From positions 9,859,875 to 9,923,874 of the forward strand of contig OZ316891.1 in NCBI GenBank assembly GCA_973895155.1: DNA of 64,000 nucleotides, written 5' to 3'. Shown here piece by piece: positions 61,064 to 64,000 of this stretch. The stretch is from Marsupella aquatica (taxonomy: Eukaryota; Plantae; Marchantiophyta). Each line of letters starts with the position of its first letter. Position 1 is the stretch's first letter. The notes under the pieces are model-generated. The model was not told the origin of the DNA and made no database searches. It was given only the letters and a program-made list of their open reading frames with translations. The position numbers and the translations under genes are program-made.

Positions 61064-63780
61064 ATGGCCGGAACGGTGTGCGGCCAGCGCGGCTGGCTCG
61101 GCGCTGCTGCTGCAGCAGCTTCTCCGCCAAAGCTCCTCTGCAGGAATTCACCCGCTGTTCGTGGTGCTGGTGCTGGTGCCGCCGCAAGAATATTTCACCA
61201 AAAGCTTGTGCTCTCTCTTCCTGAACGCCGCGGCGAATTCTCCTCCCGCCCCAATGCGGGAAGAATGTTTGCGGTCACGTTCAGCGCGTCACCACCGCAA
61301 GTATGGCAATTCTTCGTTTTTTTCCGCTCCCTGGCTGCGTTTTATTTGGCGTTGTGATTTCGCTCGACGGATTCGTGCTTGCGTGAGTGCCGTCGGTGTG
61401 TGCGTGCATTGGGGCGTGCTTTTGGAGTCCCGAACGAGTCGGGGGAGGATGTTGGTGGATTGAGTGCGTGCAGAGTTTTTCTCGGGTGCCAATTTTGCCT
61501 CGGCATTCGTGCCGAAAGGGTTTAGCAATTCCTTGCCGCTCGCGCTTGCTACGGCTTTCGGAATTTACTGCTCGGCGAATGCGATAGCTCACTCCAATTT
61601 GAAGTGAAATTTGTTTGGGGTTGGTTTCCGGAAAGTGTTTGTTCTCTGTTGGGGGCATCGTCTTGCGGGGCATTTGTTTGCATCTCTTACCAGCAGTCCA
61701 GCCCGATTGTTTCGTCTGAATTTTGAGGAATCGTGAATGAGATGTGAATTCTGAATTTTTCCCACTACTCGTGTGGCAACGACAGGAACCTACTACTGAC
61801 GGCTATGACGTCGGAGAGGCATTGGAGGGAGCCCCATCCTACGGCACCGTCTTCAACCCGGAAAGTAATTTTCCTGAGGCGCCGCCGGAGTGGAAAGAGA
61901 AGGAGGCAGCTCGGATTGCCGAGATGATTGAAAAGGAGGGGATTTCGATCCGGCGGCGTCCGGCGACCGGACCTCAGCTGCACAATTGCGGCACTTTCCA
62001 ATTCAAGCTCCAGAATGAGGGCAACACTCCCCGGAACATTCTGGAGGAGATCATTTGGAGCAAGGATGCCGAAGTTTCGGCGGTAAGTGTTCTCTTTCGC
62101 CGAGTATTCGAGGCTTTTTTAACTTGACGTAGTTCTTCGACGAGCTGAGACAGGTCTGTCTCAATTTGGTACAACGTGGTGGATCGAATTAAGTTCCGGA
62201 AGTACCTTGCTGTTGAATCCTTCGATGAAAAATTTTCAAGCAATCCCGACTCAGGGGTACTCGCAGGAAGTGTTAGCGCACGATGATAGACACCGTTGTC
62301 CAACAAGAATGTGATCAGCAGAGCTCGTTTGGTGATGACATTATCCTTCTGGATGAAGATGAACCGAAAGGCTTATTGTTGACATTAGCTTTCCCGATGT
62401 AGATGAAGGAAAAGACTCCTCTAGTGCAGCTGATGAAGGTTATGCAAGGAGTAGAGCCCGCGCGAGACTTCGTGGGCGCGCTACGCGAGAGAGCAGCAGA
62501 AACGGGAGTGCCTGGCCTTATAGCTGAAGTTAAGAAGGCTTCCCCTAGCCGCGGAGTCATTCAGCCAAATTTTGATCCGGTACGTTGGTAATGTGATATG
62601 CCATGTTTAGTGAAGTTTTCTTGACACTGCAATGTAGTTTTCTGTTCTCTCAATCGATCTCATTTGTGACCGAAGTCCTGTATAGGATGAAAATTCTTGC
62701 CAGGAGTCCCTCACATGGGCTTGGCTTTGCTGTACCATTAACTCATTGTTTCTGCTGTTTTTGCAGGTTCGGATTGCTAAAGCTTACGAAGCTGGTGGAG
62801 CTGCATGCCTCAGTGTCCTCACTGACTCCAAGTACTTCCAGGCAAGTAAAAAGTCAGTGTAAAGATTAGGACTTGGTGGGTCCAAACTGTTTGGAACGCC
62901 TATATCAAGCTGTCTGACCTCCGTGGAGTTGTTGGATATTGGTTAAGTGTCTAGTCATAAAGTTTATAAGAGTTCAGACTGTTGAACACTGTTGCTACAT
63001 GGCGTGACGATATAGAAAGAATCCTTGTTTGGACAGTGTTCGTTAGGTGTCTGTTCTTGTCTGTCCAGATTGGAATGTCAGTGTAAATGAAGTTAACAGC
63101 GCAGTTCCTTTTGGTGTGGGTTTTGAACTACGAACAGGGAAGCTTTGAGAATTTGAAACTTATCCGTGGGGCTGGAGTTCAGGTACAATTCTTAGATTTC
63201 GAATGCTTCTTGTTAATCAAGTGAAACAATACGCTTAGTTGGTGGAAAATTGAGTATTGCATGATTTCCGAATTTTGATGACCATGGACTGTGTGGGATG
63301 TATGTTGTTTAATGTGGTTTAGCAATATCACTGAACTGTATTATATGGTTGGCGAGCAGTGTCCACTGTTGTGCAAGGAGTTCATTATTGATGCTTGGCA
63401 ACTGTTCTATGCACGAGCTCATGGCGCTGATGCTGTGCTTCTCATTGCTGCTGTCCTCCCCGATCAAGACCTTTTGTATCTATCCAGAATTTGTAAGACC
63501 CTGGGTCTGGCTGTTCTTATTGAGGTACGTTTGGCCTTGTCTGCTCCCTTTGAGACCTAGGAGCCTCATCATAGCGAAGGGAAGTAGTCGTGACTGTGCT
63601 TGTCACTTGATCACGGTGTGAAAGTTTTATTATTGGCTGTTGTGCAGCTTGTATCTTGTTGTTGTTGCATTAAACATCCAGGGAATGGTGATGATGGGCA
63701 GGTTCATACGCCTAGGGAAATGGGCCGAGTTCTTGCTCTGCCCGATGTGAAGATGATTGGGATCAACAATCGCAATCTGG
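61064..63780 (+). CDS. IGPS: Plastid indole-3-glycerol-phosphate synthase, 5' part (continues beyond the window)
   Basis: Exons 61064-61300 (transit peptide), 61786-62082, 62403-62579, 62767-62841 (GC donor), 63138-63182, 63360-63524, 63702-63780. Motifs [72 protein letters not shown]. Confidence 0.95.
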
Positions 63781-64000
63781 GTATCAACATCTCTTACATC
63801 ATTCTATGTTTTACAGCCGATGTGCCTTTCTTTAAAGTTGGTATATCATCTGCTGCGGTTGTCTGCGAAAATTAAGTTCTCCTACTCCTTGAAATACTGG
63901 AGGAGGACCATCCGATTTAAGCTATATAACTTCCATAGTTATCTCCTTGCCTTGTAGAGCCCAATGGTAAATTCCCTTACTTTGATCTCCCGGTGATTCC

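Noticed and set aside
60697-61463. 245-aa (+) and 122-aa (-) ORFs
   Set aside because: They arise from the CT-rich leader and alternative frames of the IGPS transit-peptide exon.

Overview
Intron-rich eukaryotic nuclear DNA from a land plant. It is most likely a bryophyte-grade or other flagellate-sperm lineage with organellar C-to-U editing; this is inferred from a PLS-DYW PPR remnant and a putative axonemal-protein gene. I assembled gene models by hand from reading frames and splice sites. In order: the 3' half of a LYK3-type (LysM) receptor-like kinase (+), an extra-large G protein XLG (-), a decayed PLS-E-DYW PPR gene (-), a DeSI/PPPDE peptidase (+), plastid SufE1 with a BolA domain (+), a calcineurin B-like protein of the CBL2/3 type (+), allantoate amidohydrolase (+), and the 5' part of indole-3-glycerol-phosphate synthase (+). 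Intergenic DNA holds several 60-165 bp tandem duplications, hairpins and short dispersed repeats. The most interesting signal is an intronless 134-aa antisense ORF nested in the last intron of allantoate amidohydrolase. It has three periodic T-x-Y-x-x-x-[F/G] motifs resembling the Mn motifs of SAXO/MAP6-type microtubule inner proteins. No prokaryotic-type system (CRISPR, operon) and no intact transposase or reverse transcriptase was seen.
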